In this document: one piece after another, positions 9,971-20,728 of the stretch
Numbering within the stretch: position 1 is the stretch's first letter
Layout: each line of letters begins with the position of its first letter
Source of the DNA: Candidatus Campbellbacteria bacterium
Lineage (GTDB): Bacteria; Patescibacteriota; Minisyncoccia; Phycocordibacterales; CSBR16-193
Length of the DNA: 64,000 bases
Direction of reading: 5' to 3'
Assembly (NCBI GenBank): GCA_007117035.1
Contig: SKHG01000036.1
Span: 7,595 to 71,594, forward strand
The notes under the pieces: generated by a model
Seen by the model: the letters and a program-made list of their open reading frames with translations, nothing else
Databases searched by the model: none
Told to the model about the DNA's origin: nothing
Made by a program: the position numbers and the translations under genes

Positions 9971-10456
9971 ATGGCAAAAAAAACAAAAATATCAATAGCT
10001 CTTTTAAGATTGGCAATGGGTTGGATATTCCTTTGGGCCTTTATTGATAAGTTGTGGGGTCTAGGATACAACACTGTAGCAGAACGGTCTTGGATTGAGG
10101 GTGTCTCTCCAACACTTGGTTTTCTTTCCAATACATCAGGTCCTTTTGCTGATTTTTTTCAACAATTAGCAGGACAAGGCTGGGTTGATTGGCTTTTTAT
10201 GTTAGGTCTTTTAGGTATCGGACTAGCTCTTATTTTAGGGATTGTTGTCCGGATCGCTTCAGTTTGTGGAATTGCTTTACTTATTATGATGTATTTAGCA
10301 TCCCTACCACTTTCACACAATCCTTTCATAGATGAACATATTTTGTATGTTTTGGTTTTATTGTTGTTAATGTTTGAGAAAAGTGGAAACTGGATTGGTT
10401 TTGGGAAGTCCTGGTCTAGAACCCGATTGGTTCAGTCAATGCCATTTTTCAAATAG
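9971..10456 (+). CDS. DoxX / TQO small subunit DoxD-like membrane protein
   Basis: LRLAMGWIFLWAFIDK, NPFIDEH. Confidence 0.8.
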   Translation: MAKKTKISIALLRLAMGWIFLWAFIDKLWGLGYNTVAERSWIEGVSPTLGFLSNTSGPFADFFQQLAGQGWVDWLFMLGLLGIGLALILGIVVRIASVCGIALLIMMYLASLPLSHNPFIDEHILYVLVLLLLMFEKSGNWIGFGKSWSRTRLVQSMPFFK

Positions 10457-10475
10457 TTAATTTTATATTACCTAG

Positions 10476-13229
10476 ATGGCTGAAAATGAAAAATTAAGAA
10501 ATGAAGAAACTCAATGGCAAACAATGTCGGCCAATGAAGTTTTGGATGTTTGGCAGTCATCATCTGAAGAGGGGTTAAGTAAGTTTGAGTCTGAGCAACG
10601 CAGGGATATTTACGGTCTAAACAAATTACCCGAGCCACCATCTGACACTCTTTTAAAGATATTCCTTACTCAGTTCAAAAGCCCGTTGATCTATCTTTTA
10701 CTTGTTGCCGCATTAATTATTTTGGCTCTTGGTGAGTATACTGACGCTGGTATTATATTTTTCCTTTTAGTTTTTAACTCAATAATTGGAACCGTTCAAG
10801 CTAACAAGGCTCAGAATACATTACTCGCTTTAAAAAATTTCTCACAGACCCAAGCTACAATACTAAGGAATGGTGAGGAGATAATCGTGTCTGATGTTGA
10901 GGTTGTGCCTGGGGATATAATTATTCTTCAGGAGGGAGAAAAGGTTCCGGCTGATGCTAGGATACTGGAAGCGAAGAATTTTTCAGTAAACGAGGCCGCT
11001 TTAACTGGAGAATCAGATTCTGTTAAAAAGCAGGTTGATATTATTGTTGGTAAAAAAATCAGTATTGGAGATAAGAGGAATATGATTTTTAAAGGAACCA
11101 ATGTAATTTCCGGAAATGCTAGAGCGGTTGTGGTTTCAACAGGACTAAATACATACATTGGAGACATCTCTATAAAGATTGGACAGATACGAAAGGAAAT
11201 ACCATTACAGAGAGATATTAAAAAACTTTCTCATATAATCATCCGGGTAGTTTTGTTTTTAGCTGTTGTGATATTCTTCTATGGAATTTTTAGTGGTGAG
11301 ACAGCACACGATATGTTTAAGTTATCTGTTGCAGTAATTGTTTCTGCAATTCCGGAGGGGTTGCCAATTGTCCTAACATTATTGTTAGCAACAGGTGTTT
11401 GGCGAATGGGTAAGAGAAATGTTTTGATTAAACAGCTTCAGGCGGTGGAAGGTTTGGGCCAAGCACAGGTTGTGGCTGTTGATAAAACTGGAACTATCAC
11501 AAAAAATGAATTAGTTGTTCAAAATATATATTCTCGTGGATCAGAGTATGAGGTAAGTGGTGTCGGTTATGAGCCAGAAGGTGATGTTAAAAAAGACGGA
11601 AACATTCTTTTAGATCCACAAAATGACCAAGCATTGATGAGAGCGATTGAGTTAGGAGTTTTTAACTCAAACGCTCGTCTTAATTACAATAAGGAAAATA
11701 AGGAGTGGCAGATTGCAGGAGACCCAACGGAGGCTGCTCTTTTAGTTTTGGCTAAAAAAATTGGTATAAGTAAGGTGGATATTATTTCTGAATTTCCGCA
11801 GTTAGATGAAATACCTTTTGATTCTAAGAATAAATACCACGCAGTTTTGCATGAAATAAAAAAAAGTAATCTACTTGTTTTACTTGGTGCTCCAGAAGTT
11901 GTGTTGAAGCGCTGTACACATTACTACGAAGGGAATGAGAAAAAGGAAATGACTTCTGATGCTATGAAGGATCTGGAAGATAAATTTTTACGTATGTCTG
12001 AGGATGGAATTCGAGTATTAGGTTTTGCTTCAAAAGAAAGTTCTATAGAAAAAATAAATGAAGATGATCTTAATGATCTAGTTTTCGAAGGTATCTTTGG
12101 AATGCGTGATGCTCTGCGTAGTGAGGTTCGTCGATCTGTTATGCAGGCTGGTCAGGCTGGGATTAAAGTGGTGATGATAACTGGGGATTTCAAAACTACA
12201 GCTGTAGCTATCGCTAAAAGAGCGGGAATTTATAGAGAAGGAGATGAAGTTATGGAAGGCTATATGCTTGATGATTTAACAGACGAAGAGTTGTCTGAAA
12301 AAATTGGTTCAGTTACTGTTTTTGCTAGATTTTCACCAGATCATAAGTTTAGAATAGTAAATGCATATAAGGCGCGAAAAGAAACTATCGCAATGACTGG
12401 CGATGGTGTAAATGATGCACTGTCTTTAGTTGCGGCCGACTTGGGTATGGCAATGGGACGAATGGGAACCGAGGTTGCTAAAGAGGCTGCAGACCTTGTG
12501 CTTTTAGACGATAACTTCTCAAGCATCATCTCTGCTATTGAAGAAGGTAGGAGTATCTATAAGGGAATTCGTAAAGTTTTACTTTTCCTTTTCTCTACCA
12601 ATCTTGGTGAGATTATGGTAATTGTGGGTGCATTATTCTTTGGCCTGCCGTTACCGATTCTAGCAGCGCAGATAATTTGGTTGAACTTCGTAACGGATGG
12701 TTTTTTGGTGGCAACTCTAGCTATGGATCCAAAAGAGAAAGGTCTTTTGAGGGGTAGATTTAAAAAACCTAGCAAATGGGTTATTGACAAATTTATGCTT
12801 CAGAGAATGTTACTAATGTCTTCGGTAATGGCTGTCGGTACACTTTTGCTTTTTGTGTACTTTAATCCAACTGAAAGTTCAGATAGCTACGCAAAGGCTA
12901 TAACAGTTGCTGTAACAGCAATGGCTTCTTTTGAGTGGTTTAGAGTATGGAGCTGTCGTTCTGATCGTCTGTCAATATTCCAGATGAGTTTTTTCAATAA
13001 CTGGTATCTGCTTGGAGCATTCTTCTTCACCATTGCACTTCATTACTTTGCGGTCAACACACCAATAATGCAGGAGATCCTAAGTTTTGTACCTCTTTCA
13101 TTCAATGAATGGATTATGATACTTTGGTTGGCGTTAACTGTTGTACTAGTTGATGAACTTTGGAAACTCGGTCGTTATGTTGTTGAAAAACGTAGAAAAA
13201 AAATGAAAAAATATGATCATTTCGTCTAG
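10476..13229 (+). CDS. P-type ATPase, P2A (Ca2+-type)
   Basis: TGES, IPEGLP, DKTGT, TGDGVND, QIIWLNFVTD. Confidence 0.93.
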   Translation: MAENEKLRNEETQWQTMSANEVLDVWQSSSEEGLSKFESEQRRDIYGLNKLPEPPSDTLLKIFLTQFKSPLIYLLLVAALIILALGEYTDAGIIFFLLVFNSIIGTVQANKAQNTLLALKNFSQTQATILRNGEEIIVSDVEVVPGDIIILQEGEKVPADARILEAKNFSVNEAALTGESDSVKKQVDIIVGKKISIGDKRNMIFKGTNVISGNARAVVVSTGLNTYIGDISIKIGQIRKEIPLQRDIKKLSHIIIRVVLFLAVVIFFYGIFSGETAHDMFKLSVAVIVSAIPEGLPIVLTLLLATGVWRMGKRNVLIKQLQAVEGLGQAQVVAVDKTGTITKNELVVQNIYSRGSEYEVSGVGYEPEGDVKKDGNILLDPQNDQALMRAIELGVFNSNARLNYNKENKEWQIAGDPTEAALLVLAKKIGISKVDIISEFPQLDEIPFDSKNKYHAVLHEIKKSNLLVLLGAPEVVLKRCTHYYEGNEKKEMTSDAMKDLEDKFLRMSEDGIRVLGFASKESSIEKINEDDLNDLVFEGIFGMRDALRSEVRRSVMQAGQAGIKVVMITGDFKTTAVAIAKRAGIYREGDEVMEGYMLDDLTDEELSEKIGSVTVFARFSPDHKFRIVNAYKARKETIAMTGDGVNDALSLVAADLGMAMGRMGTEVAKEAADLVLLDDNFSSIISAIEEGRSIYKGIRKVLLFLFSTNLGEIMVIVGALFFGLPLPILAAQIIWLNFVTDGFLVATLAMDPKEKGLLRGRFKKPSKWVIDKFMLQRMLLMSSVMAVGTLLLFVYFNPTESSDSYAKAITVAVTAMASFEWFRVWSCRSDRLSIFQMSFFNNWYLLGAFFFTIALHYFAVNTPIMQEILSFVPLSFNEWIMILWLALTVVLVDELWKLGRYVVEKRRKKMKKYDHFV

Positions 13230-13294
13230 TTTTTCTCAGAAAACTCTTTTGTGATATTTCCTTGTGTGTTATAGTTATTAAATAAAAATTATTT

Positions 13295-13846
13295 ATGTAC
13301 GATTTTTCTAAACTAAAAAATAAATCTAAAGATATAAAAGAATGGCTACGAGGAGAGTACTCTGGCATTAGAACTGGTAGGGCTACTCCTGCAATTCTGG
13401 ATAAGATTAAGGTTGATGCATATGGAAATAAAATGCCGTTAAACCAAGTTGCAACAATAACTGTAGAGGACTCAAAAAGTTTAAAGATTAATACGTGGGA
13501 TGAATCATTACAAAAGGCAGTTGAAGGTGCGTTGCGTCAAAATGATATGGGCCTTTCAGTTGTGGCCGACAGTGCTGGGATCAGAGTCAAATTTCCTGAC
13601 CTTACTCACGAAAGACGTGAGACTTTGAATAAAGTTGTTCGCCAGAAAAGGGAAGAGGCTCGAGTTTCCTTACGTACTGAAAGAGAGGAGATTTGGGATG
13701 ATATTCAAAAAAAAGAAAAATCTGGTGATATATCAGAAGATGAAAAATTTCGTTTCAAAGATGAGATGCAACGATTGGTTGAGGAATTTGGTAAAGAACT
13801 AGACGATATGACCGTTAATAAAGAAAGAGAAATCTTGGAAGATTAG
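13295..13846 (+). CDS. frr: Ribosome recycling factor
   Basis: IRTGRATPAILD...YGNKMPLNQVA, PDLTHERR. Confidence 0.96.
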   Translation: MYDFSKLKNKSKDIKEWLRGEYSGIRTGRATPAILDKIKVDAYGNKMPLNQVATITVEDSKSLKINTWDESLQKAVEGALRQNDMGLSVVADSAGIRVKFPDLTHERRETLNKVVRQKREEARVSLRTEREEIWDDIQKKEKSGDISEDEKFRFKDEMQRLVEEFGKELDDMTVNKEREILED

Positions 13847-13848
13847 TT

Positions 13849-14946
13849 ATGACTATTCTTATCTTCATAGCTGTATTGGTGGTTTTGATTTTAGTCCACG
13901 AACTAGGTCATTTTCTGGCAGCTAAATATTTTGGAATTAAGGTTGATGAGTTTGGTATCGGTTTTCCTCCAAAGATTTTAAAAATGTTTAGGTGGGGTGA
14001 AACTGATTTTACTTTAAATGCTATTCCTTTTGGTGGTTTTGTGAAAATCTTTGGTGAGAATCCTGATGAAGAATCAATTTCCGGCGAGGAGAGTCAAAGG
14101 AGTTTTGTAAATAAACCACGCTGGATACAAGCTATTGTTTTGCTCGCTGGAGTATTTTTTAATTTTCTTCTAGCTTGGCTGTTGTTCTCGGTTGGTTTTA
14201 TGATGGGTGCGCCAGCTATTGATAATCAGTTTTCAGATAAATACTTTGAACCAGAAACTGTTTTGATAATTGGAGTTATGAAAAATTCTCCAGCTGATGA
14301 CTCAGGATTGGTTTCGAGGGATCAGATAGTTCAGGTCGCTTTCGAAGATAAGATATTAATAGCTCCATCAACTACTGAATTTACTGAATTTATCGATTTA
14401 TACGTAGATCAAGAGATTAAACTGTCTGTTTTAAGAGATGGTCAGATCTCTGATTTCGTAGTTGTGCCTACACAAGGGATATTCGGTGATAGTGTTGGTA
14501 TTGGAATAGAATTTAGGACTACAGGTTCAGTAACTTTTCCTTTTTTTGTAGCAGTTTCAGAAGGTTTTATTTTCTCGGTTGAGTTAACTAAAATGATTGT
14601 TGTAGCCTTTGCCGATTTTATTTCACAGATAGTTCAAAGGGAAGCTAATATGGAACAAATTGCTGGGCCTGTTGGAATTGTCTCTATGGTTGGAGAGGCT
14701 GCTGATCTTGGAATAGTTCATTTACTTTGGTTCACTGCTATTATCTCACTACACCTGACTATCATTAATCTTTTGCCATTTCCAGCTCTGGATGGTGGAA
14801 GGTTACTTTTTGTGGCTATTGAGTCTATGATTCGCCGACCGATAAACCCAAAAATTACGAATGCTTTAAATGCTATCGGTTTCATACTCCTAATTCTTTT
14901 GATGATTTTAGTAACAATTAATGATATTGGAAATATAATTAGCTAG
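13849..14946 (+). CDS. rseP: RIP metalloprotease RseP (M50, PDZ)
   Basis: HELGH, NLLPFPALDGG. Confidence 0.93.
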   Translation: MTILIFIAVLVVLILVHELGHFLAAKYFGIKVDEFGIGFPPKILKMFRWGETDFTLNAIPFGGFVKIFGENPDEESISGEESQRSFVNKPRWIQAIVLLAGVFFNFLLAWLLFSVGFMMGAPAIDNQFSDKYFEPETVLIIGVMKNSPADDSGLVSRDQIVQVAFEDKILIAPSTTEFTEFIDLYVDQEIKLSVLRDGQISDFVVVPTQGIFGDSVGIGIEFRTTGSVTFPFFVAVSEGFIFSVELTKMIVVAFADFISQIVQREANMEQIAGPVGIVSMVGEAADLGIVHLLWFTAIISLHLTIINLLPFPALDGGRLLFVAIESMIRRPINPKITNALNAIGFILLILLMILVTINDIGNIIS

Positions 14947-15042
14947 AGGTATATACCAAAGCTGATTTGTATTCTTTTACTATCCTAAAGCTAGATTTTG
15001 CGTAAGTTGGACTCAAGGTCTTTTTTTGTGTAATATAGAGCC

Positions 15043-16305
15043 ATGAAACAGAGTATGCTTTTCACTAAAACTAAGTTTGAGGCTCCGAAAGATGAAGTCT
15101 CAAAAAACGCTCAATTATTGATTCGCGCAGGTTTTGTCCATAAAGAGATGGCTGGTGTTTATGTATACTTACCACTAGGTTTGAGGGTTTTAAAAAACCT
15201 TACAGAGTTGATTCGAAAAGAGATGAACGATTTAGGGGGTCAGGAAATTCTTTTAAGTTCCTTGCAAAACAGGGTGTCTTGGGAAAAGACTGGTCGTTGG
15301 AGTGATCAAGTGGTTGATAATTGGTTTAAAACCAAACTAAAGAATGGTTCTGAGGTTGGTTTGGCTACTACTCATGAAGAACCGTTAACCGAACTTCTTT
15401 TAGATCATATAAATTCATACAGAGATCTTCCTGTGTATATTTATCAGTTCCAGAATAAATTTAGAAATGAGGAACGAGCTAAGAGTGGAATACTGAGAGG
15501 TAGAGAATTTTTAATGAAAGATCTTTATTCTTTTTCTGAATCTGAAGCTGAACATAATAAATTTTATGAAAAAGCGATAGATGTATACCATAATATTTTT
15601 AGTAAGGTTGGTATTGGAGACAGAACCTATCTAACTTTCTCAGATGGTGGAAGTTTTTCTGATTTCTCGCACGAATTTCAGATGATCACAGATGCAGGAG
15701 AAGATACAATATATATTGATAAAGAAAAGAAAATCGCTGTTAACGAAGAGGTTTTGAATGACGATGTTTTGAGTTCATTGGATCTTAGTAGAGAGAATCT
15801 TGTAGAGGAGAAAGCAGTTGAAGTTGGTAATATATTTACCTTGGGTAATAAATTCTCCTCAACTCTCGGACTTTCTTTTTCGGCAAAGACTGGTGAAAAG
15901 AATGATGTTTTTATGGGCTGTTATGGAATTGGTATCAGTAGATTGATGGGTTCGATTGTGGAAGCTCTTTCAGATGAAAAAGGTTTAGTTTGGCCCATGT
16001 CTATTGCACCTTTCTCGGTTCATATTTTACAAGTTGGATTAAACGAAAGCGTCTCTCAAACTTCTACTGATATCTATAACACTCTAGTTCAAGAAGGTGT
16101 TGATGTTTTACTAGATGACAGACAGATAAATGCTGGAGAGAAGTTTGCGGACTCTGATCTAATTGGTGTTCCTGTTCAGATGATAATCAGTGAAAAGAAT
16201 ATCTCGTCTGGTGAAGTTGAGTTAAAGGAGAGGGCAACTGGTAAGGTTGTGATGGTTGATGAAGCGCAGGTTCTGGACACAGTTTTAAGGATGATTAAAG
16301 AATAA
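15043..16305 (+). CDS. proS: Proline--tRNA ligase (short form without INS editing domain)
   Basis: THEE, FRNEERAKSGILRGREFLMKDLYSF, MGCYGIGISR. Confidence 0.95.
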   Translation: MKQSMLFTKTKFEAPKDEVSKNAQLLIRAGFVHKEMAGVYVYLPLGLRVLKNLTELIRKEMNDLGGQEILLSSLQNRVSWEKTGRWSDQVVDNWFKTKLKNGSEVGLATTHEEPLTELLLDHINSYRDLPVYIYQFQNKFRNEERAKSGILRGREFLMKDLYSFSESEAEHNKFYEKAIDVYHNIFSKVGIGDRTYLTFSDGGSFSDFSHEFQMITDAGEDTIYIDKEKKIAVNEEVLNDDVLSSLDLSRENLVEEKAVEVGNIFTLGNKFSSTLGLSFSAKTGEKNDVFMGCYGIGISRLMGSIVEALSDEKGLVWPMSIAPFSVHILQVGLNESVSQTSTDIYNTLVQEGVDVLLDDRQINAGEKFADSDLIGVPVQMIISEKNISSGEVELKERATGKVVMVDEAQVLDTVLRMIKE

Positions 16306-16307
16306 GC

Positions 16308-17360
16308 ATGATAAAAAGACTTTCAAAATGGCTTTCTTGTGATATTGGAGTGGACTTAGGAACTGCTAATACTTTAGTTTATGTGGAAAACCGAGGAATA
16401 GTAGTGAATGAACCCTCAGTTGTTGCGGTTAATCTAAAAACTGATCGAGTTGTTGCTGTGGGCGCACAAGCTAAGCAGATGCTGGGTAGAACCCCATCGC
16501 ATATTAAAGCGGTCCGACCTTTAGTTGATGGAGTTATTTCTGATTATGAAATAACAGAAGAAATGATGCGGTACCTTTTAAGTAAGGCTCTAAGTGGGAA
16601 AAAGACAATTTTTGGACCTAGGGTTTTGGTTGGAGTACCGTCGGGTATAACCAATGTTGAAATTAGAGCGGTTCGTGATGCTACTCGAAGTGCTGGTGCA
16701 AGAGAGGTTCATATTGTAGAGGAACCTATGGCAACAGCTATTGGTATAAGATTGCCAGTTAAGGATCCGGTTGGAAACATGGTGATTGATTTAGGTGGTG
16801 GAACTTCCGATATTGCAGTTATTTCATTAGGTGGAGTGGTTCAATCAAAAAATCTAAGAGTAGCTGGAGATCAACTCAATCAGGATATCATTAACTATGT
16901 TAGGAGTGAGTTTAAAATTTTAATTGGTGAAAAAACAGCTGAGAGTGTGAAGATAGCCATAGGCTCTTTGATTCCGGCTGAAGAACCATTGGAAGCTGTA
17001 ATCAAGGGTCGGGATTTAGTAACTGGATTGCCAAGAGAGGTGATAATAACAGATGCTGATATTCGTGAAGCGATTGCTCAATCAATTGACAGTATAATAG
17101 AATCAACAAAAGAAGTGGTGGAAATTACTCCTCCTGAAATTCTTTCAGATATAATGCAAAGAGGAATTTATTTATCCGGTGGTGGCGCGCTTATTAAGGG
17201 TCTACCTGAAATTTTACAGGAACATATTATGATACCAGTTCAGGTAGCTGATGATCCTTTGTCAGCAGTTGTTCGTGGAACTGGAATAATTTTAGAAAAT
17301 TTAGAAAAATATCGAGAAGTTTTAATTGAGAACGAAGATGAGTTACCTTCCAAGAAGTAA
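16308..17360 (+). CDS. mreB: Rod shape-determining protein MreB
   Basis: DLGTANT, EPSVVA, DLGGGTSD, GRDLVTGLP. Confidence 0.97.
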   Translation: MIKRLSKWLSCDIGVDLGTANTLVYVENRGIVVNEPSVVAVNLKTDRVVAVGAQAKQMLGRTPSHIKAVRPLVDGVISDYEITEEMMRYLLSKALSGKKTIFGPRVLVGVPSGITNVEIRAVRDATRSAGAREVHIVEEPMATAIGIRLPVKDPVGNMVIDLGGGTSDIAVISLGGVVQSKNLRVAGDQLNQDIINYVRSEFKILIGEKTAESVKIAIGSLIPAEEPLEAVIKGRDLVTGLPREVIITDADIREAIAQSIDSIIESTKEVVEITPPEILSDIMQRGIYLSGGGALIKGLPEILQEHIMIPVQVADDPLSAVVRGTGIILENLEKYREVLIENEDELPSKK

Positions 17361-18156
17361 AAAAAGATCGCCATTAAAATTAGTGATTATTTGGTCAATT
17401 TTTATATTGACAGTTCTTTTTATTTTGTTTCGTCTAGTACTTCCTTCTGTTGATTCATACTTGGTCCATAAAATTGCTTCACCGATTTGGTCTATTGAGC
17501 AGTCTATTAACTCAAAAGTTTCTGATTTTATTGGTTATTTTTCATCGAAGGCTTCACTTCGAGAACAAAACCAAAAATTAACGCAAGAAATTGTTAGGGC
17601 TAGAATTGATCTCCTAACTTCTAATATTTTAGAGTATGAAATATCTGAGTTAAAGGAAATTTTTGAACGCCAGCAAGAGGAAGATATACCTGTGGCTATA
17701 GTTAGTCGATGGGGTGGAAGATCATCAAGTCAGATTGTTATAGACATTGGATCAAAACATTCATTATCAAAAGGTGATTTAGTTTTTTCAAGTGAAAGAG
17801 TTGCTATTGGAGAGTTGTCTAATGTTTTCACTCGTTCAGCTACAGTGAGGCTTTTTTCTGAATCAGGTCGTGAGGTTGAAGGTTTTTTGATCCCAGCGGA
17901 ATTTTCCGTTACTTTACATGGTCGAGGTTTTGGTGGCTTCTTTTTTGAGATGTCGCGTGAGGACATTGTTGATATAGGAGATCTTGTTCTTTTACCTGCT
18001 TTTTCAAGTACTGTCTTAGCTGAGGTTGTTGAAATTGATACTCCAGAAGGTAGCGCTGTTCACAAGGTTTTTGCTCGTCTGCCTGTTGATCTTTCTAGGA
18101 CAAGCTATTTGTTTGTTCGTCCAGGTTCCAGTCTAGAAGTGATTGAAGAAAACTAA
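17338..18156 (+). CDS. mreC: Rod shape-determining protein MreC
   Basis: TM, coiled coil (LREQNQKL), IDIGSKH beta domain; follows mreB; ATG at 17338 preferred. Confidence 0.85.
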   Translation: MSYLPRSKKRSPLKLVIIWSIFILTVLFILFRLVLPSVDSYLVHKIASPIWSIEQSINSKVSDFIGYFSSKASLREQNQKLTQEIVRARIDLLTSNILEYEISELKEIFERQQEEDIPVAIVSRWGGRSSSQIVIDIGSKHSLSKGDLVFSSERVAIGELSNVFTRSATVRLFSESGREVEGFLIPAEFSVTLHGRGFGGFFFEMSREDIVDIGDLVLLPAFSSTVLAEVVEIDTPEGSAVHKVFARLPVDLSRTSYLFVRPGSSLEVIEEN

Positions 18157-18164
18157 AACTCAAT

Positions 18165-18443
18165 ATGAACAAAGTAGACACTAAGATTATTTTCATTCGC
18201 ATTGTTACGATTTTATTGATTTTACTTTCAGTATTAATTTTGCCTTGGTACATAACAATTATGTTTTCAATTCTAGCAGCTTTTTATTTTGAAAGATTTT
18301 ATGAGTTTATACTGATTGCGTTCTTTTTGAATTCCTTGTATGTTGGTTCGGGATTTAGTTGGGATGGTTATTTGTTTATTATACTTGCAACATTTATTTT
18401 TATTTTTATAGAGTGGATAAAGACAAAATTGGTTTTTTATTAA
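18165..18443 (+). CDS. Small membrane protein in the MreD position
   Basis: Entirely hydrophobic, lies between mreC and mrdA; identity inferred from synteny only. Confidence 0.55.
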   Translation: MNKVDTKIIFIRIVTILLILLSVLILPWYITIMFSILAAFYFERFYEFILIAFFLNSLYVGSGFSWDGYLFIILATFIFIFIEWIKTKLVFY

Positions 18444-18502
18444 ACCCAAACCATATATTTATATTACTGGATACTGACTAATAAATACTATATACTGGCC
18501 GT

Positions 18503-20194
18503 ATGTGGTCACTATTTAAAAGAAAAAGACGCTCTGTAGATATCTACCCAGATGAGGTTCTGGCTGATACTCAACAGATATATCCTGAGGATATTTCTGG
18601 TGGAGAAAGCAGGATAAACATACCACTCTCCTCTGTTTCGGTTTTAGTGTTGGCTGGTATATTCCTACTAATAGGCCTGCTTTTGTTATCTAAAATTTGG
18701 TTTGTACAGATTGTTCAGGGTGAGGATTATTTGCTTAAAAGTGAAAGAAATCGTTTAACTTTCCAACCAATATTTGCCGAGCGTGGGGTGATATATGACA
18801 GACTTGGTGAGATGTTGGCTTGGAATGGTTTTAACTCCGATGACGATAGTTTTTTTGTGCGTAGGTATACAGATACTTTAGGTGTCGCTCATGCGGTTGG
18901 TTACACTAACCCACCACTAAAAGATTCTTCTGGTTTTTATTATCAAGATTATTATAAAGGTGTTGATGGAGTAGAGAAGTACTTTGATGAATATTTATCA
19001 GGAACTAATGGTTTAGTTTTTCGCGAACGTGATGCACTCGGCCAAATTCTTTCAGAGAATATTTTTGAAGAATCTTCTTCTGGAAAAGCACTGCATCTTT
19101 CAATAGACTCTAGACTTCAAGAGGAACTATACTTAATAATTAAAAGTCTTGCAGATGATGTTGGTTTTAAGGCGGGTAGTGGTGTTTTGATGGATGTGAA
19201 AACTGGTGAACTAATCACGATGGTTAACTATCCAGAGTATGATCTTAGTGTTATGGCATCAAGAGATTCCAAGTCGATCGATCAGATGATTCTAGAATTA
19301 AACATGCCCTTTCTTAATCGAGCAATTTCAGGGCAGTATACTCCTGGTTCAGTTGTTAAACCGTTTGTGGCTATAGGAGCACTCGAGGAAAATGTTATTG
19401 ATCCAAAAAAGTACCTAACCAGTACTAAAACAATCACAATTCCAAATCCATACAATCCATCCCAACCTTCTGTTTTTAGAGACTGGAGAGTTCATGAGCA
19501 AGTTGATATGGTTCGAGCCTTGGCAGTCTCTTCCAATGTCTATTTTTATAAAATTGGGGGTGGTTTTGGTGCTCAGGAAGGAATTGGTATTAATAAGATA
19601 AAAGAATATATGGAGTTGTTTGGTTTTGAAAGTGAGACCGGTATCAATTTAAACGAGGAAAAGTCTGGAGTAGTTCCAGATCCTACTTGGAAGGAGAAAA
19701 TCTTTAATGATGTTTGGCGAGTTGGAGATACATATAATACTGCTATTGGTCAGTTTGGTTTTCAGGCCACTCCACTTCAGGTTACGAGAGCTGTTTCTGC
19801 TTTGGCAAACGGTGGTTATTTAGTAACTCCAACCATATTAAAACAAGACAATAATACTGATAATTTTGTTGGAAATTCAATAGGTGTCTCGTCTGAAAAT
19901 ATTAAGGTAGTTAACGATGGTATGCGTAGTGCGGTTGTTGATGGTACTGCAGGAGGTCTAAACCTTCATTATCTACCAGTCTCAGCTAAAACAGGAACTG
20001 CGCAGACAGGAGCAACTAAAAGAGTCCACTCGTGGATTACTGGTTTTTATCCTTCTGATGATCCAAAATATGCCTTTACTATTTTAATGGAGGATGGATC
20101 TGAAGATAATCTTATAGGAGGTGTTTTTGTTATGAGACAGTTTTTGGACTGGATGCATAAAAATACTCCAGAATATGTATTATTTGAAGATTGA
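18503..20194 (+). CDS. mrdA: Penicillin-binding protein 2
   Basis: PGSVVK (SxxK), SSN (SxN), KTG; in the mre cluster. Confidence 0.9.
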   Translation: MWSLFKRKRRSVDIYPDEVLADTQQIYPEDISGGESRINIPLSSVSVLVLAGIFLLIGLLLLSKIWFVQIVQGEDYLLKSERNRLTFQPIFAERGVIYDRLGEMLAWNGFNSDDDSFFVRRYTDTLGVAHAVGYTNPPLKDSSGFYYQDYYKGVDGVEKYFDEYLSGTNGLVFRERDALGQILSENIFEESSSGKALHLSIDSRLQEELYLIIKSLADDVGFKAGSGVLMDVKTGELITMVNYPEYDLSVMASRDSKSIDQMILELNMPFLNRAISGQYTPGSVVKPFVAIGALEENVIDPKKYLTSTKTITIPNPYNPSQPSVFRDWRVHEQVDMVRALAVSSNVYFYKIGGGFGAQEGIGINKIKEYMELFGFESETGINLNEEKSGVVPDPTWKEKIFNDVWRVGDTYNTAIGQFGFQATPLQVTRAVSALANGGYLVTPTILKQDNNTDNFVGNSIGVSSENIKVVNDGMRSAVVDGTAGGLNLHYLPVSAKTGTAQTGATKRVHSWITGFYPSDDPKYAFTILMEDGSEDNLIGGVFVMRQFLDWMHKNTPEYVLFED

Positions 20195-20252
20195 TTCATT
20201 TGCGATTTTATCGTACAATTGAACTTATTGTCAGTTTAAATTTATATAATAT

Positions 20253-20720
20253 ATGAGCGATGAAAAGGAGTACTTAACACAGGTTAAATACGATGAATTT
20301 GAAAAGGAATTACTTAATCTAAGAAAAGAAAAAAGAAAAGAAATTGCTGAAAAACTCGAGTACGCAAAATCATTGGGAGATCTTTCTGAAAATGCTGAAT
20401 ATCAGGAAGCGCGAGAGGAACAAGCTCATGTTGAGAGTCGAATCGCTTATTTAAAATCACTTCTGCAGTCAGCAGAGATCGTATCTACTAAAAAGACCGA
20501 CACATCAACTGTTGGTTCAAAAGTTACAGTTGTTAGGGGTGGATCAAGTACATCTGAAGTTTTTAGTCTTGTTGGTTCAGAGGAGATTGATACTGATGCT
20601 GGTAAAGTTTCTGTAAACTCACCGATTGGTAGAGGTTTGTTAGGTAGGAAGAAGGGAGATGAGGTTACTGTGCAAACTCCAAAAGGAGATATTGTTTTTG
20701 CTGTAAAAGAAATCAATTAA
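20253..20720 (+). CDS. greA: Transcription elongation factor GreA
   Basis: GDLSENAEY, SPIGRGLLG. Confidence 0.97.
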   Translation: MSDEKEYLTQVKYDEFEKELLNLRKEKRKEIAEKLEYAKSLGDLSENAEYQEAREEQAHVESRIAYLKSLLQSAEIVSTKKTDTSTVGSKVTVVRGGSSTSEVFSLVGSEEIDTDAGKVSVNSPIGRGLLGRKKGDEVTVQTPKGDIVFAVKEIN

Positions 20721-20728
20721 ATATTCAT

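Noticed and set aside
14947-15042. T-box riboswitch before proS (tyrS, leuS and alaS also checked)
   Set aside because: Leaders are too short or absent, and there is no T-box consensus
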